Notes under the pieces: generated by a model
What the model was told of the DNA's origin: nothing
Seen by the model: the letters and a program-made list of their open reading frames with translations, nothing else
The model's database searches: none
Source of the DNA: Candidatus Latescibacterota bacterium
GTDB lineage: Bacteria > Latescibacterota > UBA2968 > GCA-2709665
Direction: 5' to 3'
NCBI GenBank assembly: GCA_963667175.2
Contig: CAXXXF010000003.1
Coordinates: 64,001-128,000 of the forward strand
Length of the DNA: 64,000 nt
In this document: piece after piece, positions 50,567 to 60,053 of the stretch
Numbering within the stretch: the first letter of the stretch is position 1
How the letters are laid out: each line of letters opens with the position of its first letter
Position numbers and translations under genes: made by a program

Positions 50567-51547
50567 ATGAAGCGGATACTATGCATGACACTGATGACCG
50601 TTCTCGCGGCCGGCGCACTCTGGGATACGCCCGCGGAAGCGCGGGACGTCCCCGAGATCCTGAAGTCCGAGGATTTCCGAAAACTGGGACTGGCGTCGTT
50701 TCCGTGGATGAAAGTGACCCAGTCTGCGCGCGCGGCGGGCATGGGAGATGCGTTTACAGCCGTGTCGAACGACATCAACGCGATTTTTGCCAACCCGGCC
50801 GGTCTGGTTCACCTGAAGCGGTTCGGGTACCAGCTTTCCCACACCAGGTGGCTGGTCGACACCGGATTCTACACCGGCGCGTTTGCCTACAGGACGGGTT
50901 GGGGCGTGCTGGGCGTCAGTGTCGTGAACTACGACGTGGGCGATATGCCGGTGCGGACCATATTCAACCCGGAGGGCACGGGGGAAATGGTCAAGGGCGG
51001 GGGAACGTCCGTCGGCGTGGCGTACGCGTTTCACGCAACCGACAAGCTGGGCCTGGGCATCCGGGGGGTGTATATTTCGGAAACCCTGCACACCGACAAT
51101 ATGACCTCCGTCGTTCTTGACGCCGGGACCCACTTTTATACCGGTTTTCGCAGTTCACGCATCGCCCTGGCCATGCGGAATTTCGGGCCGGATACCAAGG
51201 TACTGGCGGAAGACCAGAAATTTCTGATGCCGATGAATTTCGATATCGGCGTGGCCATGGAGCTTGTTGGCGAGATGGACGAGCCGAATTACCTGACGGT
51301 CTCGTTCGGCAGTTCCTACCAGGTCGACTACGAACAGCGATGGCAGGTCGGCGCCGAACTCTGGCTGTCAGGCGCCGTAGCCCTCCGGACCGGGTACAAG
51401 TTCAACCACGACCTGGAAACGTACAGCTTCGGCGCGGGCTTCAAGGGCAACTGGGGCGACCGGACGGTGCTGGTTGACGTCGCCTATACCAACGTCGGCG
51501 AATTGCTGGACGCGCCCATCCGGTTCAGCATCGGCGGCGCGTTCTAG
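50567..51547 (+). CDS. PorV/PorQ-like (UPF0164) outer membrane barrel
   Basis: Own RBS (AAGGAG) and signal peptide; SARAAGMGDAFTAVSNDINAIFANPAGL, SHTRWL.D, ALRTGY, DVAY, RFSIGGAF. Confidence 0.85.
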   Translation: MKRILCMTLMTVLAAGALWDTPAEARDVPEILKSEDFRKLGLASFPWMKVTQSARAAGMGDAFTAVSNDINAIFANPAGLVHLKRFGYQLSHTRWLVDTGFYTGAFAYRTGWGVLGVSVVNYDVGDMPVRTIFNPEGTGEMVKGGGTSVGVAYAFHATDKLGLGIRGVYISETLHTDNMTSVVLDAGTHFYTGFRSSRIALAMRNFGPDTKVLAEDQKFLMPMNFDIGVAMELVGEMDEPNYLTVSFGSSYQVDYEQRWQVGAELWLSGAVALRTGYKFNHDLETYSFGAGFKGNWGDRTVLVDVAYTNVGELLDAPIRFSIGGAF

Positions 51548-51744
51548 TTTCGAGCGCCGGGGCGGCCCTTGTTGGGGCCACTCGACGTAAACAGCGCTAA
51601 CGGCGGCGCAGTGTGTCTCCGGCCGGGTCGGCGGGAAGGGGCATTGGCCGCCGTTTTGTTATCGACACAGGGGCCGGTAGAGAGAGGTGGGGGCGGTATG
51701 GGATCGACCGGGGGGCCATGGCATCAATCCGGCGCGAGGTGGGC

Positions 51745-52632
51745 ATGCGTGCCATCGGATTTTTTCGTTTCTGTCTGATTTGGGGGTGTGTTGCGGCTTG
51801 CGGCGGGGCGGATGAGCCGCCCACCAGCGCCGTCGAGCAAGTCGACCCGGGTGCGGACCGCCCCCTTCCCGTGGGCCTTGTGCGGCTTTTCGGCGGCGTT
51901 GAAATGGTTCGGGTGCCCGCCGGCGACTTCACCATGGGCATGGAAAGGGGGCCTGCGGACCAGCAGCCGGCCCGGCAGGTCTACCTGAGCGCCTTTTACA
52001 TTGACCGGTATGAAGCGACCAACGCCCGGTATTTCAGGTTCTGGTCGGCGCCCGAGGGCGGCAATCGGCAGCGGCATACGCCGGCCAGCCACGGGTCCAC
52101 GAACGGCATCGGAGACTGGCCCGAACGGGCGGAAACCCGGCCGAACTTTCCTGTCGTGGGGATCAACTGGTTCGACGCGGCCGCGTACTGCGCCTGGCGC
52201 GGGGCCAGGTTGCCGACCGAAGCGGAATGGGAGAAGACCGCGCGCGGCGACGAGGCGAGAGAGCCGTATCCCTGGAACAAAGGACTGAACGGGTCACGGG
52301 CGAATTACCGGGACGGCGACGACGGGTACGACAATACCCTCGCGCCGGTGGGAAACTATCCCGAGGGTGTCAGCTTTTACGGGGCGATGGACCTGGTGGG
52401 GAACGTTTGGGAGTGGTGCGCGGACTATTACGATTCGGAAACCTACAAAGTGAGCGCCGCCATCGGTCCCACGGGACCGGAGCAGGGCGAGTTCCGTGTA
52501 CTTCGGGGCGGATCCTGGCGCACCGCCGCGGGACAGGATCCGAACAAACTCAGCATTACCTACCGGAGCTGGTCGGATCCCAGGGGCGCCACGGACGGAT
52601 GGGGCGTACGGTGCGCGAGGGACGTAAACTGA
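51745..52632 (+). CDS. FGE-sulfatase (SUMF1) domain lipoprotein
   Basis: Lipobox-like VAAC; F.MG, YEATN, RLPTEAEWEK, GNVWEW, RGGSW, G.RC; no CxxxxC catalytic pair. Confidence 0.85.
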   Translation: MRAIGFFRFCLIWGCVAACGGADEPPTSAVEQVDPGADRPLPVGLVRLFGGVEMVRVPAGDFTMGMERGPADQQPARQVYLSAFYIDRYEATNARYFRFWSAPEGGNRQRHTPASHGSTNGIGDWPERAETRPNFPVVGINWFDAAAYCAWRGARLPTEAEWEKTARGDEAREPYPWNKGLNGSRANYRDGDDGYDNTLAPVGNYPEGVSFYGAMDLVGNVWEWCADYYDSETYKVSAAIGPTGPEQGEFRVLRGGSWRTAAGQDPNKLSITYRSWSDPRGATDGWGVRCARDVN

Positions 52633-53492
52633 CCAGGCGCGGCTGGCGGTGGCGTCGGGCTGCCTGGGTTTTCTTCCTGTCGTGTTGCGGGTGCGAGGGC
52701 GGGTCCCTTCTGGACGACCTCCCCGACGGGGTGTTCCTCGACCGCACGCCGGCGGGGACCGTGGACACGATGCTGGCGGTAAACGCAGGCGACTTTCTGA
52801 TGGGAACGAACCGGGGATTCGACCCCGAGGGCCCCGCGCACGTCGTCTACCTCAGTGCGTTTTACATTGACAAATACGAGGTGACCAACGCTCAATTCCG
52901 TGCGTACGCGCGCGCTGCCGGGGTGTCATTGCCGCCGGAAAATCTGAATCCGCTATTTTCGGATGACCGCCAGCCGGTTGTGGGCGTGACGTGGACGGAA
53001 GCGGGGGCCTACTGCAGGTGGCGCGGCGGACGCCTGCCCACGGAGGCGCAGTGGGAAAAGGCGGCCCGGGGGACCGACGGACGCACGTACCCGTGGGGTG
53101 AAGAAGCGCCCGGTGGGGTCTACGCAATCATGGACCTGGGCGGAACGTGCGGGCGCACCAACTGGGCCAATCCTTCGGCGGGTCCGGTGTCCGGGGAGTT
53201 CTGTCATACCATGCCGGTGGGTTCCAGGCCCCGGGGCGCGAGCCCGTACGGGTTGCTGGACATGGCGGGGAACGCCTGGGAGTGGTGCAGCGACTGGTAC
53301 GACGATACTTACTACGGTCGAAGTCCCAGGGAGGATCCATCCGGACCGGCGTCCGGGACGTTCCGCGTGGTCAGGGGCAGTTCCTGGCACCACCTGCCCC
53401 ATTATCTGAAGACGTCGGCACGGTTCCGTTTTTATCCCGACCAGAGGGGCAATTTCATTGGTTTTCGCTGTGTTCGGGACGTACATCAATAG
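52611..53492 (+). CDS. FGE-sulfatase (SUMF1) domain protein, probable lipoprotein
   Basis: YEVTNAQF, RLPTEAQWEKAARG, DMAGNAWEW, RGSSW, GFRC; start uncertain (GTG 52611 or CTG 52629). Confidence 0.82.
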   Translation: MREGRKLTRRGWRWRRAAWVFFLSCCGCEGGSLLDDLPDGVFLDRTPAGTVDTMLAVNAGDFLMGTNRGFDPEGPAHVVYLSAFYIDKYEVTNAQFRAYARAAGVSLPPENLNPLFSDDRQPVVGVTWTEAGAYCRWRGGRLPTEAQWEKAARGTDGRTYPWGEEAPGGVYAIMDLGGTCGRTNWANPSAGPVSGEFCHTMPVGSRPRGASPYGLLDMAGNAWEWCSDWYDDTYYGRSPREDPSGPASGTFRVVRGSSWHHLPHYLKTSARFRFYPDQRGNFIGFRCVRDVHQ

Positions 53493-54633
53493 CCTGTGCA
53501 GGGGCGTTGGCGGCCGGGGGTTGTGCGTGCTCGCGGTCTTTGTGTCGACGGCGCAGCCGCTGTGCGCGAGCACCGAAAAGGCCGCCCTGGACGATAGCGT
53601 CGCGAGCAGGTTGGCCCGCGCGATCGGCGTGGCGCAGCCGGCGTTGACGGGATCGGGGGCAGGCGCGACGTGGGGCGCGTATCCCTCATTTGCCGGAGCG
53701 GCCGGGCTTATCGCCGAAAGCCGGGTTGAGAGTGAAGCGGGATGGAATCTGACCGGGCGGACGATCGACCTCTCCGTCGCGCGCCTGCGGGAGGCCCTGG
53801 CGGAAGCGCCGGATTTCGCCGCCGCACACTACCTGCTGGGCCTGATGGAGGCGCGGCGGCGCAGGTACGGGGCGGCGGTGGCCGCCTGGCGGCTGGCCGC
53901 GCGGGTGGGACCCCCCTTTTCCGTCGATTCTGTGCGGGTGCTGTTCCAGCGAGCGGTGTCCCGATCCCAGACCGCCGCGGGGCGGGTTGCCAGGGGCACG
54001 CAGTATCTGGATCGGGGGAAAGTTCGGGAGGCGCGCGCGGCCTACCGGGACGCTGTCGCAATGTTGCCGGACTACGCCGAGGCCCATGCGAACCTGGGCC
54101 TTGTCCTTATGCTCAACGGGGACCTCGACGGCGCCGTTTCCCGCCAGCTCGAAGCCATTCGGCTGAACCCCGGTCTGGCTGAGGCGTTTTATAACCTGGG
54201 GAATGCGTATTCGCGGCAGGGACGGTACGCGGAGGCGGTGCAGGCGTTCCTGGAGGCCATCCGGCTGAAGCCGGAGAGTGCGCCGCCGGATTCGGTCGTG
54301 TCGAATGTCGACGCGCATCAGGGGGCCTATACCCGCTCGGTGGCCGGGTACCAGCACGCCCGGCGCTACGCCGGGCTGGCGAACGCGCATTTCAATCTCG
54401 GCGACCACGAAGCGGCGATCGAAGCATACCGCCTCTCGGTCGTCCTCGCGCCGGACTTTGCCGACGGGCATTACAATCTGGGCATCGTCTACGAACGGAC
54501 CGGCGACGTGGCGAGCGCGATCCGCCACTGGCGGGAGTATATGAGGCTCGCCCAAAACGATCCGGCGCAGCAGGCCTGGGTTGCGGACGCCGGGACGAGG
54601 CTGAAAAGGCTGGAGAATTCGCAAAAAAAGTGA
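53458..54633 (+). CDS. Tetratricopeptide repeat protein
   Basis: Repeated P..AEA..NLG..Y...G....A motifs; start uncertain. Confidence 0.82.
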   Translation: MVFAVFGTYINSLCRGVGGRGLCVLAVFVSTAQPLCASTEKAALDDSVASRLARAIGVAQPALTGSGAGATWGAYPSFAGAAGLIAESRVESEAGWNLTGRTIDLSVARLREALAEAPDFAAAHYLLGLMEARRRRYGAAVAAWRLAARVGPPFSVDSVRVLFQRAVSRSQTAAGRVARGTQYLDRGKVREARAAYRDAVAMLPDYAEAHANLGLVLMLNGDLDGAVSRQLEAIRLNPGLAEAFYNLGNAYSRQGRYAEAVQAFLEAIRLKPESAPPDSVVSNVDAHQGAYTRSVAGYQHARRYAGLANAHFNLGDHEAAIEAYRLSVVLAPDFADGHYNLGIVYERTGDVASAIRHWREYMRLAQNDPAQQAWVADAGTRLKRLENSQKK

Positions 54634-56360
54634 TACGTTCCGGTACTATATGGGTTGTTTTCGCGTTCCTGACGTGCATGAAGGGAGAGTGCCTCGCCCA
54701 GGGTGTGATCTTCAAGGACGTGACCCGGTCCGCCGGGATCCGGTTCAGGCACGACAACGGCGGTTCCGGCACGGAGTATATGCCCGAAACCATGGGGTCC
54801 GGCTGCGCGTTCTGGGACTATGACGGCGATGGGGACGCGGACATTCTCCTGATCAACTCCGCCCCGTTGGGCGGTCGCGGACCGGAACCGCCATCCACAA
54901 TGGCGCTCTACCGGAACGAGGGTGACGGGAGCTTTTCGGACGTGACGGCCCGGGCGGGACTCGAGCAGTCCATGTACGGGATGGGTTGCGCGGCAGGAGA
55001 CTACGATAACGACGGAGACAGCGACCTGTACGTGACCTGCCTGGGCGCCAACCGCCTGTTCCGGAATCAGGGAGGCGGAAGGTTCGAGGACGTCACGGCC
55101 CGGATGGGGGTGGGTGATTCGACGTGGAGCGTGTGCGCGGTCTGGCTGGACTACGATCGGGATGCCGACCTGGACCTGTTCGTGGGAAACTACCTGCAGT
55201 GGACCCCCGAAAGGGACGATTGGCTTTCGGAGCGTTCCAATGCGCGGTCTTACGCCCCGCAGCTGTACGATCCCGAGTTCTCCCGGCTCTACCGCAACGA
55301 CGGAGACCGTTTTGAGGACGTCACGAAGGCGTCCGGAATCGGCGAAAAACCGGGAAAGGGCATGTCCGCCGTCGCCCTGGATTACAACGGGGATGGATGG
55401 CCCGACGTCCTGATGTCCAACGACACGATGCCGGACTATCTGTTCCGAAACAACGGGGACGGCACGTTTACGGAGGACGGGCTTCTGGCAGGCGTGGCGT
55501 ACAGCGCCGCCGGAGAGGCGAAGTCGGGGATGGGGGTCGCCGCCGGAGACCTGCGTAATACCGGCCGGGAGGACGTGGCCATCGGCAATTTCGCCTTCGA
55601 GATGATCTCGCTGTTCCGGAACCAGGACGGGGCGTATTTCACGGACAGCACTCTGCCTTCCGGCGTAGGACACCCGAGCGCGCCGTTCGTCACCTTCGGG
55701 GTCTTCTTCTTCGACTACGATCTGGACGGCCACCTGGATCTCTTCGCGGCAAACGGGCACGTGGACAGCCGGATCCACGACGTCAAATCGCATCTCAGCC
55801 ATGCCCAGCGCCCGTTGCTCTACAGGAACACAGGCGGCGGCAGTTTCGTGGAAGTGGGGGGGACAAGCGGCGATCTGGACGATCCGATGGTGGGGCGCGG
55901 CGCCGCGTTTGCCGACTACGACGGCGACGGCGATCCGGACGTGCTCGTGTCCGCCAACAACGGCCGTCCCGCGCTCCTGCGCAACGAAGGCGGTGATGGC
56001 AACCGCAGCTTGAGGATCAGGCTGGTCGGCGGCGCGCCCGCGAGCACCCGGATCCGGAAGCCGGTCCGGGAACCGGCCTGGTCCAACCGGGACGGGATCG
56101 GCGCGACCGTGCGCGTAAGGTCGACGGGCTCCGTGCAGACACGGTACCTGAGGGCGGGGTCCAGCTATTGTTCGCAAAGTGAGCGGATATTGACGTTCGG
56201 GCTGGCGGTCGCGGGATCCGCCGAGGAAGTCGAGGTGGTCTGGCCTTCCGGTCGCAGGGATCGAATCAACAACGTTTCAGCCGGGCAGACGGTGACCGTT
56301 CGGGAGGGGCGGGGAATCGTTGCCAGAACGCCGCTGAAAGCCGTACCAGCGGCGGATTGA
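54630..56360 (+). CDS. CRTAC1-like FG-GAP repeat protein with ASPIC/UnbV domain
   Basis: Multiple DYD.DG..D Ca-binding repeats; NRDGIGA.V, GSSY.SQ....L.FGL, V.WPSG. Confidence 0.9.
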   Translation: MIRSGTIWVVFAFLTCMKGECLAQGVIFKDVTRSAGIRFRHDNGGSGTEYMPETMGSGCAFWDYDGDGDADILLINSAPLGGRGPEPPSTMALYRNEGDGSFSDVTARAGLEQSMYGMGCAAGDYDNDGDSDLYVTCLGANRLFRNQGGGRFEDVTARMGVGDSTWSVCAVWLDYDRDADLDLFVGNYLQWTPERDDWLSERSNARSYAPQLYDPEFSRLYRNDGDRFEDVTKASGIGEKPGKGMSAVALDYNGDGWPDVLMSNDTMPDYLFRNNGDGTFTEDGLLAGVAYSAAGEAKSGMGVAAGDLRNTGREDVAIGNFAFEMISLFRNQDGAYFTDSTLPSGVGHPSAPFVTFGVFFFDYDLDGHLDLFAANGHVDSRIHDVKSHLSHAQRPLLYRNTGGGSFVEVGGTSGDLDDPMVGRGAAFADYDGDGDPDVLVSANNGRPALLRNEGGDGNRSLRIRLVGGAPASTRIRKPVREPAWSNRDGIGATVRVRSTGSVQTRYLRAGSSYCSQSERILTFGLAVAGSAEEVEVVWPSGRRDRINNVSAGQTVTVREGRGIVARTPLKAVPAAD

Positions 56361-56376
56361 GAAAAAGGGGCACACC

Positions 56377-58848
56377 ATGGACACCGGCCATCGCATTTCG
56401 CAGGCTGCGTTTCGGCGACTGTTTTTCCCGGTGCTGCTGACTGGATTGAGTGTATCGCCGGCGGCGGGCGCGCTATCGGCGCGAGACTCGCTGTTCGCCG
56501 TCGCGGATCGCCAGACGGAAGACCGCCAACACGGCGAGGCCGTGGGCACGTTGTCCCGGCTTGCCAAATCCTTCCCTGATGATGGGCATATCCTCACGCG
56601 CCTGGGGTACGCGCAACTCAGGATTCAGGAATTCGAGGCGGCCAAAGGTTCATTTCAGTCGGCCCTGAAGCTGGATGAGGACCATGCGGCAGCCCACGCG
56701 GGACTCGCGCTTGCCTACGCGGAGATTCCCGCCAGGGGGATCAGCGCCCTCCATAACTTCCGCCGGGCGGTCGGCGCCGCAAAGAAGGCCATCGAACTGG
56801 ATCCCGACCATGCGGCGGCTTACAGGGCGTTGGGAGAGGCGCATGCCCGTTTCAAAGAGGACCACGAGAAGGCGCTCGGGTATTTCGAGACCTACCTGGA
56901 AAAGGAGCCGGACGATCCGGACGGCCTGTATTATTTCGGCCTGGTATGCATAGAGGCCGAAGCCTACGACAAGATCTCCGCCTACGTCATACCCCACGTT
57001 GAGGCGCTGGACGAGGAGACCCGTCTGCTGCCGATTGTCGCGCAGGGATACTTCTTCGAGGAAAAGTACGAAGAAGCACAGAAGTACTTCGGACGTTTTC
57101 TCGAGCGTTTGAGCGAGGAAGAACGAGCTCTATACGCGGATATCGCGTATGCCGCTTCTTCCGAGGAACTTCGGGAATACGCGGCGTTGACTGGAGAATC
57201 GGACCGACAGGCCTACGTCGAGCGGTTCTGGCTCCGGCGCGACCCCGATATGATGACCCGCGTCAATGAACGCGTCGTGGAACATTACCGGAGAGTCTGG
57301 TACGCGCGCGCCTTCTTCGCGGAAAAAGTCTCTCCCTGGGACAAGCGGGGCGAGGTCTACATCCGATACGGGAAGCCGGACTACCGGTCGCGTTCCTATC
57401 AGCGCGATCTGACGCAGACGCCGGACGTGGAGGCGGTCCGCATGCGCATGGCGGCCAGTCTCTACGGCGCCGAGGCTTCCTTTATGACGTTTACCGGTCC
57501 GGTGTTTCCGATCCGGGCGTTTCGCCATCCCATCACCCGGCGAACGCTCGACGAGATGCACGGGTTCGGTTTCGCCGATCAGCGCGACGCCACTTTTCAG
57601 GAGGACGACTTCAGGACAAATACGGATGCCGCGGATGAAGAGGAGTTTCAGGAACGCGACCTGGAAGGAACCCCGTTGACCGCGCCGCTTACCCGGAGTG
57701 ACTACGACGACCAGGACGGTGCAAGGTTCGACGAGTTCGGAAACCAGATCGCCCGGATCAAATTCGGCGACTACATTCCCGTGACGATTCACACCGATAT
57801 GGCCACTGTACCATGGGAAACCTGGATCTATACCCAGGTCCAGGGGGGTATCGAGATTGTGTTTACGGACGAGAATAAGAGCGGCGTGTTCAATTTCGCC
57901 CCGATTCCCCCCGTGACCGCCCTGGAAAGACAGCTCGTCAACGTAACCCGCCTGGTCAAATACGCGCCGGAGATCATCTACCAGAATGCCAGGAACGAAA
58001 CGCCCGACTATTACCGGCCGGGCGTCCATGGACCCGCGCTGAACTTCTATTACGATCTCGCCAACTTCCAGGGGTCCGACGGGGAGACAAACGTCGAAGT
58101 CTACTATGGCATTCCACCCGAACAGGTGCAGATTGCCCAGCAGGCGGATTCCGCGCAGGTCCGGGTCCAGTGCGCGATGGCCCTGGCCGACGCCGCGCAC
58201 ACGACGATCTATCGGGACACACGGGAATTCAACTATGAAGGACGGGCGGACTTCGACAGGGTCAGAGGCGCGTTTCTACCCGAAATGCTCAAGACCGGCG
58301 TGCCGCCCGGAAAATACGAACTCCAGGTGCAGATCAAGGACCTGGCATCGGGACACACCGGGCTCTACAAGCAGGCTGTCGAGGTGCCCGACTATCACGT
58401 CGAGAAGCTCAAGATCAGCGATATCCTGCTGGCTTCGGATATCCGCGAAACGGATTCGGCGGGCAGGTTCAAGAAGGGCGATATCCGGGTCGTCCCGATG
58501 CCCACGAGGAATTACAGGGAAGCGCAGAAGGTATACGCCTACTACGAAATCTACAACCTCAAGAAAAATCGTTTCGGGCAAACCGATTACGAGGTGAAAT
58601 ACGTCGTCCGAAACGTGGTCGGGCGGTCGGAAGGCGTCGTTGGCGCCATAACGTCGCTTTTCAAGCGCAGGAAGACGCAGGTGTCGGTTGCTTACGACCA
58701 CGCGGGTACCGCAACCACCGAACAGCAGTACTTTGAAATCGACCTGGACAAAGCCAAACCCGGCGTGCAGGTCCTGGAGGTGAAGATCGAGGACAGGGTC
58801 AGCGGCAAGAGCGACTCCCGCGAGATTCAGTTCCGCTACGGAATCTGA
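56377..58848 (+). CDS. TPR plus GWxTD-domain protein
   Basis: N-terminal TPRs; FWLRRDP...NE...EHYRRV.YA...F....WDKRGEVYIRYGKPD; WETW.Y; C-terminal Ig-like SD..L, Y.EIYNL. Confidence 0.82.
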   Translation: MDTGHRISQAAFRRLFFPVLLTGLSVSPAAGALSARDSLFAVADRQTEDRQHGEAVGTLSRLAKSFPDDGHILTRLGYAQLRIQEFEAAKGSFQSALKLDEDHAAAHAGLALAYAEIPARGISALHNFRRAVGAAKKAIELDPDHAAAYRALGEAHARFKEDHEKALGYFETYLEKEPDDPDGLYYFGLVCIEAEAYDKISAYVIPHVEALDEETRLLPIVAQGYFFEEKYEEAQKYFGRFLERLSEEERALYADIAYAASSEELREYAALTGESDRQAYVERFWLRRDPDMMTRVNERVVEHYRRVWYARAFFAEKVSPWDKRGEVYIRYGKPDYRSRSYQRDLTQTPDVEAVRMRMAASLYGAEASFMTFTGPVFPIRAFRHPITRRTLDEMHGFGFADQRDATFQEDDFRTNTDAADEEEFQERDLEGTPLTAPLTRSDYDDQDGARFDEFGNQIARIKFGDYIPVTIHTDMATVPWETWIYTQVQGGIEIVFTDENKSGVFNFAPIPPVTALERQLVNVTRLVKYAPEIIYQNARNETPDYYRPGVHGPALNFYYDLANFQGSDGETNVEVYYGIPPEQVQIAQQADSAQVRVQCAMALADAAHTTIYRDTREFNYEGRADFDRVRGAFLPEMLKTGVPPGKYELQVQIKDLASGHTGLYKQAVEVPDYHVEKLKISDILLASDIRETDSAGRFKKGDIRVVPMPTRNYREAQKVYAYYEIYNLKKNRFGQTDYEVKYVVRNVVGRSEGVVGAITSLFKRRKTQVSVAYDHAGTATTEQQYFEIDLDKAKPGVQVLEVKIEDRVSGKSDSREIQFRYGI

Positions 58849-58873
58849 GTCGACGGTCTGTTTAAGAGGAACC

Positions 58874-58905
58874 CAAGTAGGGCGCGGTACACTGCGCCCT
58901 ACTTG
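58874..58905. repeat. GTAG-type REP-like palindrome / possible terminator
   Basis: CAAGTAGGGCGCGGT-AC-ACTGCGCCCTACTTG, 14 of 15 pairs. Confidence 0.65.
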
Positions 58906-59010
58906 CGTCTGCGCACCCTTCCGGGGTTACAGAAGGGTACCCGGCACCACGGCTTTTGCAATTGTCTCTCAGGCACCCGGGCATCATCGACAACAGGGAG
59001 GAAACGCGAA

Positions 59011-59991
59011 ATGTCGGAACTTCGCGCGGGACTGATCGGTTGCGGAGCGATCGGCGGCGTACATAGTGAGGCGGTTTCCGGTCTGGACGGCATACGCATG
59101 GCCGCGTTTTGCGACGTGTTCGAAGAGAAGGCGTGTACCCTGTGCGCGCGCTACGGCGGGGACTACGCCACCGACGACGCCGGCCGCATCCTGTCGGACG
59201 ACGCGCTGGATACCGTCTATATATGCACCCACCACGACACCCATGCAGACTACTGTATCCGGGCGGCGGAAGCAGGAAAGAACGTACTGGTGGAGAAGCC
59301 CCTCGCGCTGACGGTCGAGGACTGCCGGAGGATCGGCGATGCGGTCGTGCGGGAGGGGATTCGGCTCTTTACTGCCTTCAAGATGCGGTACTATCCGATG
59401 ATACAGAAGGCACGGGAACTGATTCCGGAGCCGCTGATGGTGGTGATGCAGATGATGGACAACCGATGGGGAGATACGTGGGCCAACGATCCCGTTCTCG
59501 GGGGCGGCAACGTGTACAGCCAGGGATGTCATTCCTGCGACCTCCTCAGGTACGTGGCCGGTTCGGACCCGGAGGAAGTCTATGCGGCGGGCGGGAACTA
59601 CTACCAGCCGAACGGCAGGCTGGACAATCTGACCGCCACGTTCCGGTTCGAAAACGGGGCGGCCGGATGCTGGATCCAGGGAGACGCCAATCGACCGGAG
59701 ATGACCAGCAAGCTTTTCATGGAGATTTTCGCCGAAAACCGTTCCGTGCTGCTGACGGACCGGTTCTGCACGCTGACGTATTCGGAGACCGGGAAGGCCC
59801 CGGTAGTCTTCCACGGCGAAGAGGGCGGATTCGTCGAGGAGAACCGGCTGTTCGTGGAGGCGCTGCGAACCGGCGCGCCCATGGCCGCGGACCACGTGGA
59901 CGGGCTGATGGCCACGCTGATGATGATCCAGGCCGGACGCAGCGTCGAGAGCAGGCGGCCTGAGCCCGTCGCGTCGCTCGCAAGGGGTTGA
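59011..59991 (+). CDS. Gfo/Idh/MocA oxidoreductase
   Basis: GLIGCGAIG, VLVEKPLA, GG...QGCHSCD; GGGAGG RBS. Confidence 0.9.
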   Translation: MSELRAGLIGCGAIGGVHSEAVSGLDGIRMAAFCDVFEEKACTLCARYGGDYATDDAGRILSDDALDTVYICTHHDTHADYCIRAAEAGKNVLVEKPLALTVEDCRRIGDAVVREGIRLFTAFKMRYYPMIQKARELIPEPLMVVMQMMDNRWGDTWANDPVLGGGNVYSQGCHSCDLLRYVAGSDPEEVYAAGGNYYQPNGRLDNLTATFRFENGAAGCWIQGDANRPEMTSKLFMEIFAENRSVLLTDRFCTLTYSETGKAPVVFHGEEGGFVEENRLFVEALRTGAPMAADHVDGLMATLMMIQAGRSVESRRPEPVASLARG

Positions 59992-60053
59992 GGCGGCCGC
60001 ACGGTACACGGGCTTTCTCGCCATCATCACTGAAATCATCGGGAGGGAACGCC

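Noticed and set aside
48095-51547. Novel 1150-aa cargo-PorV fusion protein
   Set aside because: Explained by one extra G at 50428-50432; the proper CTD ending, a stop, an RBS and a second signal peptide are all present, and similar extra-G shifts occur at 38061 and 39332
51745-53492. Diversity-generating retroelement targets
   Set aside because: The fold is compatible, but no reverse transcriptase or adenine-variant template repeat was seen in the window
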